Origin: Desulfobacterales bacterium
GTDB lineage: Bacteria > Desulfobacterota > Desulfobacteria > Desulfobacterales > JALSRD01
Length of the DNA stretch: 64,000 nucleotides
Reading direction: 5' to 3'
Assembly (NCBI GenBank): GCA_026984935.1
Contig: JALSRD010000006.1
Span: 9,410-73,409, forward strand
The notes below the pieces were generated by a model. It ran no database searches. It had not been told where the DNA came from and was given only the letters and a program-made list of their open reading frames with translations. This document shows positions 39,897 through 49,904 of this stretch, one piece after another. Within the stretch, counting starts at the first letter, position 1; each line of letters starts with the position of its first letter. Made by a program: the position numbers and the translations under genes.

Positions 39897-40421
39897 ATGC
39901 CCGGACAGGCACTGATCATCGTCGACATGCTCAATGATTTTGTCGATCCCGCAGGAGCGCTTTACTGCGGCCCGAGCGCGCGCAAAATCATCGGCTTTAT
40001 TCAGGCCCGGCTGGCCGACTGCCGGCGCAGTGACTGTGTCGTGATTTATCTGCAGGATGCCCACGATGAAGACGACGCTGAATTCAAAAAATTCCCCAAA
40101 CACTGCCTGGCACATTCATGGGGCAGCCGGATTATCCCTGAACTTGAGCCCGAACCTCATGAAAAGGTGATTCCCAAAAAACGCTATTCCGGATTTTACG
40201 GGACCGACCTGGCCGCAACACTAGTTGCGGCGGCGGTTTCCGAAGTTGAGGTGGTGGGTGTCTGTACGTCCATTTGCGTCATGGACACGGTAGGCGGGCT
40301 GGCCAACCGCGACTACAAGGTGCGCGTGCCAGTGGCCGGTGTGGCCGATTTCGATGCCCGCATGCATACTTTTTCACTGCAGCGCATGAAACAGATCTAT
40401 GGAGCGGATATCGTTACATGA
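39897..40421 (+). CDS. pncA: Nicotinamidase / isochorismatase-family cysteine hydrolase
   Basis: VDMLNDF, DAH, HC, KKRYSGF, VCTSICV; coupled to pncB. Confidence 0.85.
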   Translation: MPGQALIIVDMLNDFVDPAGALYCGPSARKIIGFIQARLADCRRSDCVVIYLQDAHDEDDAEFKKFPKHCLAHSWGSRIIPELEPEPHEKVIPKKRYSGFYGTDLAATLVAAAVSEVEVVGVCTSICVMDTVGGLANRDYKVRVPVAGVADFDARMHTFSLQRMKQIYGADIVT

Positions 40422-41743
40422 CGCCATTTAAACGCATCGGGCCGCTTTTCACCGACCTGTACGAGCTGACCATGGCCGCCGGTTACCACCGCAACGGGAT
40501 CTTTGAGCCGGCCACCTTTTCACTCTTTATTCGCGATCACCACCGGCAACGGGCCTTTTATCTGGCCGCCGGCCTCGAAGACGTGCTGCAGGAGCTGGCC
40601 GACTTTCGTTTTTCTCCCGAAGAGATCGATTACCTCAGAGAAACCGGTCTGTTTCAAACGGATTTCATCGACTATATCCGCCAGCTGCATTTCAGCGGCG
40701 ATGTATACGCCATGCCCGAGGGCACGGTTTTCTTTCCCGAGGAGCCGCTTGTCGAGATCGATGCGCCCATCGTGGAGGCCCAGCTGCTGGAGACCTACCT
40801 GCTCAACACCATCGGCTTCCAGACCCTGATCGCCTCCAAGGCTGCAAGATGTGTGCAGGCAGCACGCGGAAAAGCACTGATCGACTTTTCACTGCGGCGC
40901 ACCCAGGGCCAGGATGCCGGATTGAAAGTCGCGCGTAGCAGCTACATGGCGGGCTTTGCCGGCACCAGCAACGTACTGGCCGGTAAACTGTACAAAATCC
41001 CCATCTCAGGGACCATGGCGCATTCGTTCGTGACCGCTTTTGACACCGAGCTGGCGGCTTTCGAAGCCTATGCAGATGCCTTTCCGGACAGTTGTGTTTT
41101 GCTGATCGACACCTACGACACGCTGCAGGGTGCCCGCCATGCCGTCACCGTCGGCCGCCGACTGGCGCAAAAGGGCCATTTGTTGAAGGGCGTACGCCTC
41201 GACAGCGGTGACATAGTGGCTTTGAGCCGCGAGGTGCGCCGTATTCTGGATGCCGGCGGCTTGCCGGATGTAAAAATTTTCGCCAGCAGCGGGTTCGACG
41301 AGTTTTCCATCACCCGAGCACTTGAAAAGGGTGCCTGCATCGATGCTTTTGGAGTGGGCACCAAAATGGGTGTTTCGGCGGATGCCCCCTACCTCGATAT
41401 CGTTTATAAAATGGTCCATTTCAACGGCCGCGGGGTGCGCAAGCTGAGTCCAGGCAAGGCCACACGAGCCGGGCGCAAGCAGGTCTACCGCCGTCTGGAT
41501 GGCCGGGAGCGCTACCTTGAAGACACCGTCGCCCTGCGTGAAGAGAGACTCCACGGGATGCAGCCGCTCCTGGAAAAAGTGATGCAGTCCGGCCAAATCC
41601 TGCAACCCATTGCGTCGCTTGACGACCTGCGCCGGCGGGCGGCATCCAATCTGGACGCCCTGGATCCGGTGTACAAAACACCATCGGCCCACAATGGCTA
41701 TCCGGTTTCCATGAGCCGCCGCCTGCTGGAGATTCAGGGATAG
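40418..41743 (+). CDS. pncB: Nicotinate phosphoribosyltransferase
   Basis: TDLYELTM, LRRTQG, GTSN, GTMAHSF, LIDTYD, VRLDSGD, FGVGT; ATGA overlap with pncA. Confidence 0.95.
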   Translation: MTPFKRIGPLFTDLYELTMAAGYHRNGIFEPATFSLFIRDHHRQRAFYLAAGLEDVLQELADFRFSPEEIDYLRETGLFQTDFIDYIRQLHFSGDVYAMPEGTVFFPEEPLVEIDAPIVEAQLLETYLLNTIGFQTLIASKAARCVQAARGKALIDFSLRRTQGQDAGLKVARSSYMAGFAGTSNVLAGKLYKIPISGTMAHSFVTAFDTELAAFEAYADAFPDSCVLLIDTYDTLQGARHAVTVGRRLAQKGHLLKGVRLDSGDIVALSREVRRILDAGGLPDVKIFASSGFDEFSITRALEKGACIDAFGVGTKMGVSADAPYLDIVYKMVHFNGRGVRKLSPGKATRAGRKQVYRRLDGRERYLEDTVALREERLHGMQPLLEKVMQSGQILQPIASLDDLRRRAASNLDALDPVYKTPSAHNGYPVSMSRRLLEIQG

Positions 41744-41927
41744 CAGCCAAGGCCGTTTATTTCCTTCCGATACGCCCGGCATTTCCGGCCGGCGGGATAC
41801 GCTTTGCGATGGGCCGGAGCGGCGGGGCGTCAGGTCGGCGCGCACCCTTCATCCGTCAAATGCAATTGGCCACCGCACACCATAAACCGCAGCCGGTTTG
41901 ATATTTTTGTACGATTCTGATAGAAAA

Positions 41928-41943
41928 CGGCATTAGCGATGCA
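41928..41943 (+). promoter_or_regulatory. Candidate sigma54 (-24/-12) promoter for the TPR operon
   Basis: CGGCATTAGCGATGCA: GG (41929-30) and GC (41941-42) 10 nt apart, about 36 bp before the ATG; imperfect match to TGGCAC-N5-TTGC. Confidence 0.35.
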
Positions 41944-41978
41944 ATGGAGTATCAATCCAGGATGGGAGGCATAAAAAC

Positions 41979-44258
41979 ATGGGCCGACCGAAAGCCATCT
42001 TTCTTTTGTTTGTCGTCGTTTCCCTTCTCGCCACCAGCTGCTCTTCGGATGAGGAGAAAAGGGTCTCATACCTCAAGAAGGGGCAGCAGTATTTCCAGAA
42101 GGGGGAGTATAAGAGTGCAGTGCTGGAGTTCAAAAATGCCATTCAGATTGACCCGCAGTATGCGGATGCCTATGCCGGCCTGGCCGAAACTTTTCTCAAA
42201 CTGGGCAATGCCCGGGGTGCTTTCCAGGCGTATTCCCAGCTGGCCAAGCTAAAACCCCAGGATGTCGATGCGCAACTCAAACTGGCCACTTTTTACATGC
42301 TGGGCAGAAAACTGGATGAGGCCAAAAAACGGGTGGACCTGGTGCTGGCCAAACAGCCGGACAACATCGAGGCCCTCTACCTGCTCGCCGGAATCCAGAG
42401 CCTGGGGAAAAACCTGTACGCATCGGCCTCGGTTTTCAGGAAGATCATCGACCTTGACAGCAAGCAGACGCGCGCCTACCTGGGACTGGCCCGGGTGCTG
42501 ATGCGGCAGGGCAAGCTCCAGGAGGCCGAGAAAAACCTGAAGCAGGCCATTTCCCTGAAACCGGACGACATCCAAGCCCATCTGGCGCTGTTTGGCTTTT
42601 ACGTCAGCACGAAAGCTTTTGCGAACGCTGAAAGAGAGATTCGGCAGACGATTGCGGCCCATCCTGAAAATGTCGACCTCTACCTGGTTCTGGGTAATTT
42701 TTACTTTCGCCGGAAAAAACCGGCGGCCGCTGAAAAAGCCTATCTGACGGCTGTGGATAAGGGGGCCAAGACGGTCAAACCCTATATGGTGGCAGCGGGA
42801 TTTTACGAAGCCAGCCATCAAAAAGACAAGGCCCTGGCCATGTACCGCAAGGCCCTGGCGCTTGAGCCCGCAAACGTGCGGATTAAAAATACCATTGCAC
42901 GGCATTACTTCCGAAACCGTGAAATGGCGCCGGCCACCAGGATCGTCGACGAGATTCTGAAAAAGCGCCCCAATTATTTCCCGACCCGCATGCTGAAAGG
43001 CGAAATTGCCGTTGTTCAGAAAAAATTTGACGCGGCCATCGAAATTTTCAACCAACTGATCAAGGAAGAACCCAATTCCTCCCGGGCGTATTATTTCAAA
43101 GGGGTCGCCTACCTCGGCAAGCACCAGATACGGCTTGCCAAAAACGCCCTGGCCAAGGCCATTGAGCTCAACCCCGACCATGCCAAGGCCCGGCTGCTGA
43201 TGGCCGATATTTATCTGCGGGAACATGATTTCGAACTGGCGGCCAAAGCATGCCGTAAGATCCTGGAAAAATTTCCGCATATTTACCGTGCGCAGCTGAT
43301 TCTGGGCGATGCACTCATGTACCAGAAAAAAGTCGGACAGGCCGCGCAGGTGTTCGAGCGTTTGATCAAAGAAAAACCGGACAATCCCGCAGGCTATTAC
43401 CGATTGGGGCGCCTGCAGCAGATCGAGAAAAAATACGATCTGGCTCTCAAGAGCTTTGAAAAAGCGCTTTCGCTGAACCCCCGGCTCATGGATGTTTTCA
43501 GCAGCGTTGTGCTGCTGCAGGCTTCGCGTGGAAAATTCGAAGATGCCCTTGAGCGTTGCGACCGTCAGCTGGCGGTCGTCAAGAATTCATCGGCGGCCAA
43601 AGCCATTGTCTACACGCTCAAGGGGAGTCTCTTTCTGGCCAGGCACCAAAGAGATGCGGCGGAGGAAAATTTTAAAAAAGCCATCGCTGTCAATCCCAAT
43701 TACCTGCGGCCTTATTACCTCCTGGCGAGAATCTACCTGGCTGAAAAGAAACAGGACCAGGCGATTTCACAGTACGCAGCGGTACTGGCCAAAAACCCGA
43801 AACAGGTGGCCCCCCATATGCTGTTGGGGACCATCTATGACATGCAGAAGCGCTTCGGCCTGTCCGAGAAGCACTACCGGCAGGCCCTGGAGCTCAATCC
43901 CGATTTTGCACCGGCGGCCAACAATCTGGCCTTTCTGCTGGCCCAGAAGAACGAGAAGATTGAAGAGGCCCTCGAGCTGGCCCAGAGGGCCAAGGAGAAA
44001 CTGCCGGAAGATCCCAGCATCATGGACACCCTGGGGTGGGTCTATTACAAAAAAGGGCTATATGACAGCGCCATCGACGAATTTAAAGACAGCCTGGAGA
44101 AACTTCCTGAAAACCCGACGGTCAGGTATCATCTCGGTCTGGCGTATTACAAGAAAGGGCAAAAGGCAAAGGCCAGAACCGAGCTTCAAAAAGCACTGCA
44201 CCTCGACAGAAATTTTGACGGCGCTGATGAAGCCCGCAAAATACTCGCCGCCCTGTAG
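41979..44258 (+). CDS. Long TPR-repeat lipoprotein (PrsT / EPS-export-scaffold-like)
   Basis: Signal peptide ending LATSC, many tandem TPR units, C-terminal AANNLA...DTLGWVYY...YHLG. Confidence 0.88.
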   Translation: MGRPKAIFLLFVVVSLLATSCSSDEEKRVSYLKKGQQYFQKGEYKSAVLEFKNAIQIDPQYADAYAGLAETFLKLGNARGAFQAYSQLAKLKPQDVDAQLKLATFYMLGRKLDEAKKRVDLVLAKQPDNIEALYLLAGIQSLGKNLYASASVFRKIIDLDSKQTRAYLGLARVLMRQGKLQEAEKNLKQAISLKPDDIQAHLALFGFYVSTKAFANAEREIRQTIAAHPENVDLYLVLGNFYFRRKKPAAAEKAYLTAVDKGAKTVKPYMVAAGFYEASHQKDKALAMYRKALALEPANVRIKNTIARHYFRNREMAPATRIVDEILKKRPNYFPTRMLKGEIAVVQKKFDAAIEIFNQLIKEEPNSSRAYYFKGVAYLGKHQIRLAKNALAKAIELNPDHAKARLLMADIYLREHDFELAAKACRKILEKFPHIYRAQLILGDALMYQKKVGQAAQVFERLIKEKPDNPAGYYRLGRLQQIEKKYDLALKSFEKALSLNPRLMDVFSSVVLLQASRGKFEDALERCDRQLAVVKNSSAAKAIVYTLKGSLFLARHQRDAAEENFKKAIAVNPNYLRPYYLLARIYLAEKKQDQAISQYAAVLAKNPKQVAPHMLLGTIYDMQKRFGLSEKHYRQALELNPDFAPAANNLAFLLAQKNEKIEEALELAQRAKEKLPEDPSIMDTLGWVYYKKGLYDSAIDEFKDSLEKLPENPTVRYHLGLAYYKKGQKAKARTELQKALHLDRNFDGADEARKILAAL

Positions 44259-44313
44259 CGCGTGAGATACCGGACGGCTGAAGCCCAGGAAAAGAGGACC
44301 GCTCGGGTGCGAG

Positions 44314-45462
44314 ATGAAATATTTGTCGTTTAAAATTCTGCTGAGCTGTATCCTGCTGCCCCCGCTGCTCTATGTTTTTTCGGTGCAGGGACTGGAAACC
44401 TGGTTGCAGCGCAAGTATACACGCGAAGTCGAGCAGGCCTGCACCGGCGATACCGCCCCGCTGTTTAGCGGCAATCTGCGCCTGAGAGACGCGGTCAGCG
44501 CTAATATCGACCGCTTTCTGCGCAACCGGCGGCTCACGGCATGGGGCGTCCGGATCGGTGTGACGGTAACGACCGCGGGCGGGCTGCTGCTCTACCCGCC
44601 GGTCATCGAGGAGCCGCATGCGCCGCTGGTCTCAGACCCCATGAAAATCGCCGCTGAAAACTACCGCCTGATGCAGGCGGGCCTGCGGGTGAAGGTACAG
44701 GTGACACTGGCGTACAATACGCTGCTGACCAACGCCATTTTGGCCTTTTATATCCTCTTCTTCGGGCTGCTGCTCTATGTTTACTACCGCAAGGGCGCCC
44801 ACCGTGTCCGGCAGGAGGCACTCGAAAAAAATCGCGAAATCGAACGCCTGAAGTCCTACGAGGAAAAGCGCAGCCGGGGGTTGAAAACCCTGCAGACCGA
44901 GCGTCAGCGGCTGTCAGCGGAACTGGAAGGGCTACGCCGGAAAGTAGAGCGGGAAAAAAACCGCGCCAGTCGCAACGAGGACCAGATGATCGAGGAAATC
45001 GTCGCGCTGGAAAAGAAAATTGCGGAAAACATTGCGCTGCAGAACACCCAACAGCGTGAAATCGAGAGCCTGACGGCAAAAATCCAGAGCTATGAAAAGC
45101 GCCGCAAACGCGGGGGAAAACATAAAGCCAAGGCCTCCGATGCGGCGGCCAGACGCTTCAAGGCGCTCTATAAAAATCTGACCATCGGGCGGCGTGCAGT
45201 GGAAGGGTTTGCGGAACTCACCGATGATATGCAGATCAAAGCCGAGGAGATTATCCATCAGCTGAACGAGGAACCGGACAGCGTTCCCATCAAACGCAAG
45301 GTGTTTGGCAAAAAGGGCATGGGAACCTTTTTTGAGGTGCTTTTTGCCTATAACGGCCGGCTGTATTTCCGGAAAGGCAAGGACCAGGGAGTGGAAATAC
45401 TGGCCATTGGCACCAAGAACTCACAGGCCCGGGATTTGGAATTTTTGCGCAACGTGCCGTGA
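44314..45462 (+). CDS. Membrane protein: 2 TM helices, long coiled coil, C-terminal RelE/HigB-like domain
   Basis: Hydrophobic stretches near aa 6-25 and 135-157, charged heptad region, then ...GRLYFRK...ILAIGTKNSQARDL; the CDS is secure, the fold call is by eye. Confidence 0.75.
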   Translation: MKYLSFKILLSCILLPPLLYVFSVQGLETWLQRKYTREVEQACTGDTAPLFSGNLRLRDAVSANIDRFLRNRRLTAWGVRIGVTVTTAGGLLLYPPVIEEPHAPLVSDPMKIAAENYRLMQAGLRVKVQVTLAYNTLLTNAILAFYILFFGLLLYVYYRKGAHRVRQEALEKNREIERLKSYEEKRSRGLKTLQTERQRLSAELEGLRRKVEREKNRASRNEDQMIEEIVALEKKIAENIALQNTQQREIESLTAKIQSYEKRRKRGGKHKAKASDAAARRFKALYKNLTIGRRAVEGFAELTDDMQIKAEEIIHQLNEEPDSVPIKRKVFGKKGMGTFFEVLFAYNGRLYFRKGKDQGVEILAIGTKNSQARDLEFLRNVP

Positions 45463-45482
45463 TCTACGGCCGGCGACATGTC

Positions 45483-47354
45483 ATGTACTGCAAATACTAT
45501 CAACTCAAAGAAAAACCCTTCCAGATTACCACGGACCCCAAGTTCCTGTGGCTGGGGGAAAAGCACAAAGAAGCCTTGTCCATACTCAAGTACGGCATCC
45601 TGGACAACAAGTGGTTTCTGCTTTTGACCGGTGATGTGGGAACCGGCAAAACCACCCTGATCAATGCCCTTTTGAGAAGCCTCGATGAACGGGTGATCGT
45701 GGCCGCAGTCCCCGATCCCGGTCTGGAAGAACTCGACCTGTTCAATTTCATCGCCGATGCTTTTCATATGGACAGGATCTTTTCCTCCAAGGGCGAGTTC
45801 CTGATCCATTTCAAGCGTTTCCTGAATGCCGCCCATGACAGCCATAAAAAAGTCCTGCTGATCATCGACGAGGCCCAACAGCTCACGCAGCAGCGTTTGG
45901 AAACCATTCGCCTGCTCTCCAACATTGAAAGACAAGAAACCAAGCTGATCAACATCTTTTTTGTCGGTCAGAACGAGTTTAACGACATTCTGCGCCGTAC
46001 GGAAAACCGGGCGCTGCGCCAGCGGATTACCATCAACTACAACATCGCGCCTCTCGCGCCAGCGGAAACGGCGGCCTATATTGCTCACCGGCTGAAAGTC
46101 GCCCAGGCGGCAAAATCCATGTTTACCCCCGAAGCCGTTCGCCGCATTGCCATCCATTCCGGGGGGTATCCCCGCCTGATTAACGTCCTGTGTGACTATG
46201 CGCTGGTAACCGGATACGTCAAGGGCATCCATCAGATTGGCCCCGACATTATATCCGAATGTGCCCGGGAGCTGAAAATTCCGGGTCGCAGTCCGGCTCC
46301 ACAACAAGCACTCCCGGACGCACCTGCGCCGACTCCGCGTCCACAATCCGGCCCGTCGCCTTCGGGCCGACGGCCGCCGGCATCCGCCCCGGTGCCGTCT
46401 GCTGCCGCACATGCAGCCGTGATGCCTGCAAAAGCGGGGCACCCCGCCTGGCTGTGGGGCCTGCTGGGCATCTTGCTGGCCGCCGGCGTACTCCTTATGG
46501 GATATTATCTGGGATGGCGCCTGCCAAACCAAAAAGCGCCGATGATTGCCAAGGCCCCTGCCGTACGGACCCCAAAAACCGCTGCAACCGGCGAAATGCA
46601 GGTGTCCACGCAGCTGCCCGAAGTCCATCCGCCCGTGGCGGCGGTTCCTGCAGCCCAGCGGGGCGCTGCCGCCACCCATCTGGAAGGCAGCCAGGCGACG
46701 GGCGGCGGCGGACGTGAGAGCGGGCAAACGCCTTCTGCGAACAGAGAAAATCCGGCCGGCAGTACAAGCGCTGGCCGGCGGGCGGCCACTTCTGCTGAGC
46801 CCGCCGGTTCGAATGCAGCGGCGGGCATGCCAGGGGGGCAGGAAATTTCACGCAACCAGCCTGCTGACAGCGGCGGGCAGCGCAGTGCGCCGCCCCGGGC
46901 GCAATCTGCAACGCCCGTGGGCCCGGTTTTACACAGGGATGCTGCTCTTGCGGTGGACACGGATCTGGAAAAGCGTATTCAGGAACTTGCGCGCAGAAAA
47001 AAAATGGTCGTGTACTTTGGATACGACTCCAACGCGATGAAAGACACGACGCTCAGATCGCTGGATACGCTTTCGGCGTTTATGCAGCGCTACCCGCGGG
47101 CAGAGATCACCATCAGGGGCTACACGGATTCATCAGGGGTATACAGTTACAATCAAAAGCTGTCTGAATTCAGGGCCAACATGGTCAAAAGCTATCTGGT
47201 GGGCAAGGGCACAGATCCAGCCAGGATCAAAACCCGCGGCCTCGGGCCGGCAAATCCGGTGCAGTCCAATCAGTCCGAAAAAACCCGCAGATTCAACCGC
47301 CGTGTAGAAATCGAGATTTTTTTTACCCCCCGCCACAAGGCGACAGCCGGGTGA
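45483..47354 (+). CDS. ExeA/GspA-family AAA ATPase fused via Pro/Ala linker and TM helix to OmpA-like peptidoglycan-binding domain
   Basis: PFQITTDPKFL, TGDVGTGKTT, IIDEAQ, LRQRI, SGGYPRLINVLCD; C-terminal FGYDS, GYTD, NQKLSEFRA, NRRVEI. Confidence 0.9.
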   Translation: MYCKYYQLKEKPFQITTDPKFLWLGEKHKEALSILKYGILDNKWFLLLTGDVGTGKTTLINALLRSLDERVIVAAVPDPGLEELDLFNFIADAFHMDRIFSSKGEFLIHFKRFLNAAHDSHKKVLLIIDEAQQLTQQRLETIRLLSNIERQETKLINIFFVGQNEFNDILRRTENRALRQRITINYNIAPLAPAETAAYIAHRLKVAQAAKSMFTPEAVRRIAIHSGGYPRLINVLCDYALVTGYVKGIHQIGPDIISECARELKIPGRSPAPQQALPDAPAPTPRPQSGPSPSGRRPPASAPVPSAAAHAAVMPAKAGHPAWLWGLLGILLAAGVLLMGYYLGWRLPNQKAPMIAKAPAVRTPKTAATGEMQVSTQLPEVHPPVAAVPAAQRGAAATHLEGSQATGGGGRESGQTPSANRENPAGSTSAGRRAATSAEPAGSNAAAGMPGGQEISRNQPADSGGQRSAPPRAQSATPVGPVLHRDAALAVDTDLEKRIQELARRKKMVVYFGYDSNAMKDTTLRSLDTLSAFMQRYPRAEITIRGYTDSSGVYSYNQKLSEFRANMVKSYLVGKGTDPARIKTRGLGPANPVQSNQSEKTRRFNRRVEIEIFFTPRHKATAG

Positions 47355-47394
47355 GGCAACCGGCCGCGTCTCCTGCGGCAGCATCTTGCAGCGG

Positions 47395-47943
47395 TTAGGC
47401 CGCGACGCTTTCCTGTACCAGCGCCATGCCCAGCTTGAGCGCCTTGCGATTGATGTCGAGAAATCCGGAGGGGATGCGCCGGGTCAGCACCTTTTCGACG
47501 GATGTTTCCGAGATGAGTTCCGTCAGGCCCAGCACCGCGCCCAGCATACAGATGTTAAAAACGATCGGCTTGCCGATCTCTTCCAGTACACGGACGTACA
47601 TGGGGAGTTCAATCTGGCGGGCATCGACTTTACGTTCGGTTTTCACGAAACGGGTGTCGGTGAGCAGCAGCCCTCCCGGACGGATGATGGGATAGAATTT
47701 GTTGTAGGCGGTCTGGGTCAGGCAGATCAGCACGTTGGGCTGAAAAACCTTGGGAAAGTATATTTCGGAGTCGGAGATAATGACATCCGAACGTGTCGCC
47801 CCGCCGCGGGCTTCGGGGCCGTATGTCTGCGACTGTACGGCGTTCAGGTTTTCATACAGCACAGCGGCCTCGGCCAGGATAATGGAGGCGGTGATGACTC
47901 CCTGACCGCCGGAGCCCGAGAATACGATTCGGCACCGTTCCAT
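47395..47943 (-). CDS. korC: 2-oxoacid:ferredoxin oxidoreductase gamma subunit
   Basis: GSGGQGVIT, YGPEARGG, NICMLGA; substrate not determinable. Confidence 0.88.
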   Translation of the reverse strand: MERCRIVFSGSGGQGVITASIILAEAAVLYENLNAVQSQTYGPEARGGATRSDVIISDSEIYFPKVFQPNVLICLTQTAYNKFYPIIRPGGLLLTDTRFVKTERKVDARQIELPMYVRVLEEIGKPIVFNICMLGAVLGLTELISETSVEKVLTRRIPSGFLDINRKALKLGMALVQESVAA

Positions 47944-47945
47944 GG

Positions 47946-48749
47946 CTAATTCCCTTTCATCGCTTTTTCGATGACGTCGTCGTACGCGCTGCAGTATTCC
48001 GTCGTCTCCTTCTGTACGAAGATGCCGCGTTCGATCAGTTCAGGATGTTCACGCTTGGCTTTGGAGCCGATGGGCGTGGTGATTTTTTTAAAGCGCTCCA
48101 CCATGTCCACGGCGCTTCCCAGGCGGTTTTTGCGCCCGAAATAGGTGGGGCACTGGGACATGACCTCCACCACCGAAAACCCTTCGTGGAGGATGGCCGC
48201 CTTGAGCAGATCGGTGATCTGGCGCGCATGATAGGTGGTCGTACGGGCCACAAAGGTTGCGCCCGCCGCCGAGGCCAGATCCACCACGTCGAAGTCGCTG
48301 TCGATGTTGCTGTAAGGCGCGGTGGTGGCCAGGATGCCCTGACCTGAGAGCGGTGAATACTGGCCGCCGGTCATGCCGTAGATGCGGTTGTTCATAACCA
48401 CGGCCGTCAAATCGATGTTGCGCCGGGCGGCGTGGATAAAATGGTTGCCGCCGATGGCCAGGGCATCCCCGTCGCCCATGGGGACGATCACGTTGAGCTC
48501 CGGGCGGCTCAGCTTGACGCCGGTGGCAAAGGCCAGCGCGCGCCCGTGCAGCGTGTGCAGGCTGTGAAAATCAACATAGCCGGATATGCGCGAAGAGCAG
48601 CCGATGCCGGATACCATCACGATTTCGTTTTTACTCAGGCCCAGTGCGTCGATGGCCCGCAGCATGCTGTTCAAGACGATGCCGTGTCCACAGCCGGGGC
48701 ACCACATGTGCGGGAAAAACCGCTCCCTGATGTAATCCTTGACCGCCAT
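47946..48749 (-). CDS. korB: 2-oxoacid:ferredoxin oxidoreductase beta subunit
   Basis: WCPGCG, SGIGCS, LHGR, GDGD...NN TPP motif, YGMTGGQ, QCPT. Confidence 0.92.
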   Translation of the reverse strand: MAVKDYIRERFFPHMWCPGCGHGIVLNSMLRAIDALGLSKNEIVMVSGIGCSSRISGYVDFHSLHTLHGRALAFATGVKLSRPELNVIVPMGDGDALAIGGNHFIHAARRNIDLTAVVMNNRIYGMTGGQYSPLSGQGILATTAPYSNIDSDFDVVDLASAAGATFVARTTTYHARQITDLLKAAILHEGFSVVEVMSQCPTYFGRKNRLGSAVDMVERFKKITTPIGSKAKREHPELIERGIFVQKETTEYCSAYDDVIEKAMKGN

Positions 48750-48751
48750 GT

Positions 48752-49900
48752 CTATACACCCTTTCCCTCGATGATGCGCAGCGTATTACGGATGTCGGCA
48801 TCCGTGATGAAAACACCGTCGACACGGTTTGCCAGAACCACCCGGTCCGGTTTTTCCACGGCCCGTTTGACCTCGAGGACGATCTGGCCCATGTTCATTT
48901 CCACGACCAGAACGAAGCGTGCGCGGGCGCATTTTTCCCGGACCAGGTCGTAGGGGAAGGGCCACAGGGTCTGGAGTTCGAGCAGCCCCAGGCGTTCGCC
49001 TTTTTTGCGCTGGCTCTTAACCACATGCAGCGCCGAACGCGCAGCCGATCCGTAGGAGATGAATATGTTGTCAGCATCTTCCAGGTGGTATTCCTTATAT
49101 CTGGCGATGTGGTTGACGTTGTTGTGGATCTTATCCACCAGGTGCCGGATCAGGCCGTGTACAATGGGGGGGCTGTCCGATGGAAAGCCCCACATGTCGT
49201 GGTACAGGCCGGTAACATTATAGCGGTGAATGCCGCCGAAATCCGCCATGGGCAGCCGGCCGTCCTCACGCGGCAGATAGGGATGAAAATCAACGCCGCC
49301 CTTTACCGCCGTGCGCAACCGTTCGACCAGCGGAATTTCCCCCTTTTCCGGCAGCACCAGGCGCTCGCGCATGTGCCCGATGCCTTCGTCAAAGAGCAGG
49401 ATAACCGGCGTGCGATAGGTTTCGGCCAAGTTGAAGGCCTCTACCGTGATCTGGAAGAGGTCCTGGTGGCTGGAGGCCGTCATGGCAATGATGGCGTGGT
49501 CTCCGTGGGTCCCCCAGCGGGCCTGGTAAACATCTCCCTGGCTACCGTGGGTCGGCAGGCCGGTGGATGGGCCGCCCCGCTGAACGTTGACGATTACACA
49601 GGGGATTTCCGCCATGATGGCGTATCCCAGCCCTTCCTGCATCAGCGAAAATCCGGGACCGCTGGTGGCGGTCATCACCTTGTGCCCGGTCAGAGAGGCC
49701 CCGATGATGGCACAGATCGACGCGATTTCATCTTCCATCTGGATGAACTTGCCACCCTTGCGGGGCAGGCGCTGTGACAGCAGTTCGGCGATTTCGGTCG
49801 AAGGAGTGATCGGGTAGCCGGCAAAAAAATCCAGTCCGGCGTAAATCGCCGCTTCGACGCACGCTTCATTCCCCTGCACAAATTTTATCTGTTTAGCCAT
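48752..49900 (-). CDS. korA: 2-oxoacid:ferredoxin oxidoreductase alpha subunit
   Basis: GNEA, GYPITPSTE, QMEDEI, TATSGPGFSLM, QRGGPSTGLPT, VEMN. Confidence 0.92.
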   Translation of the reverse strand: MAKQIKFVQGNEACVEAAIYAGLDFFAGYPITPSTEIAELLSQRLPRKGGKFIQMEDEIASICAIIGASLTGHKVMTATSGPGFSLMQEGLGYAIMAEIPCVIVNVQRGGPSTGLPTHGSQGDVYQARWGTHGDHAIIAMTASSHQDLFQITVEAFNLAETYRTPVILLFDEGIGHMRERLVLPEKGEIPLVERLRTAVKGGVDFHPYLPREDGRLPMADFGGIHRYNVTGLYHDMWGFPSDSPPIVHGLIRHLVDKIHNNVNHIARYKEYHLEDADNIFISYGSAARSALHVVKSQRKKGERLGLLELQTLWPFPYDLVREKCARARFVLVVEMNMGQIVLEVKRAVEKPDRVVLANRVDGVFITDADIRNTLRIIEGKGV

Positions 49901-49904
49901 GGTT

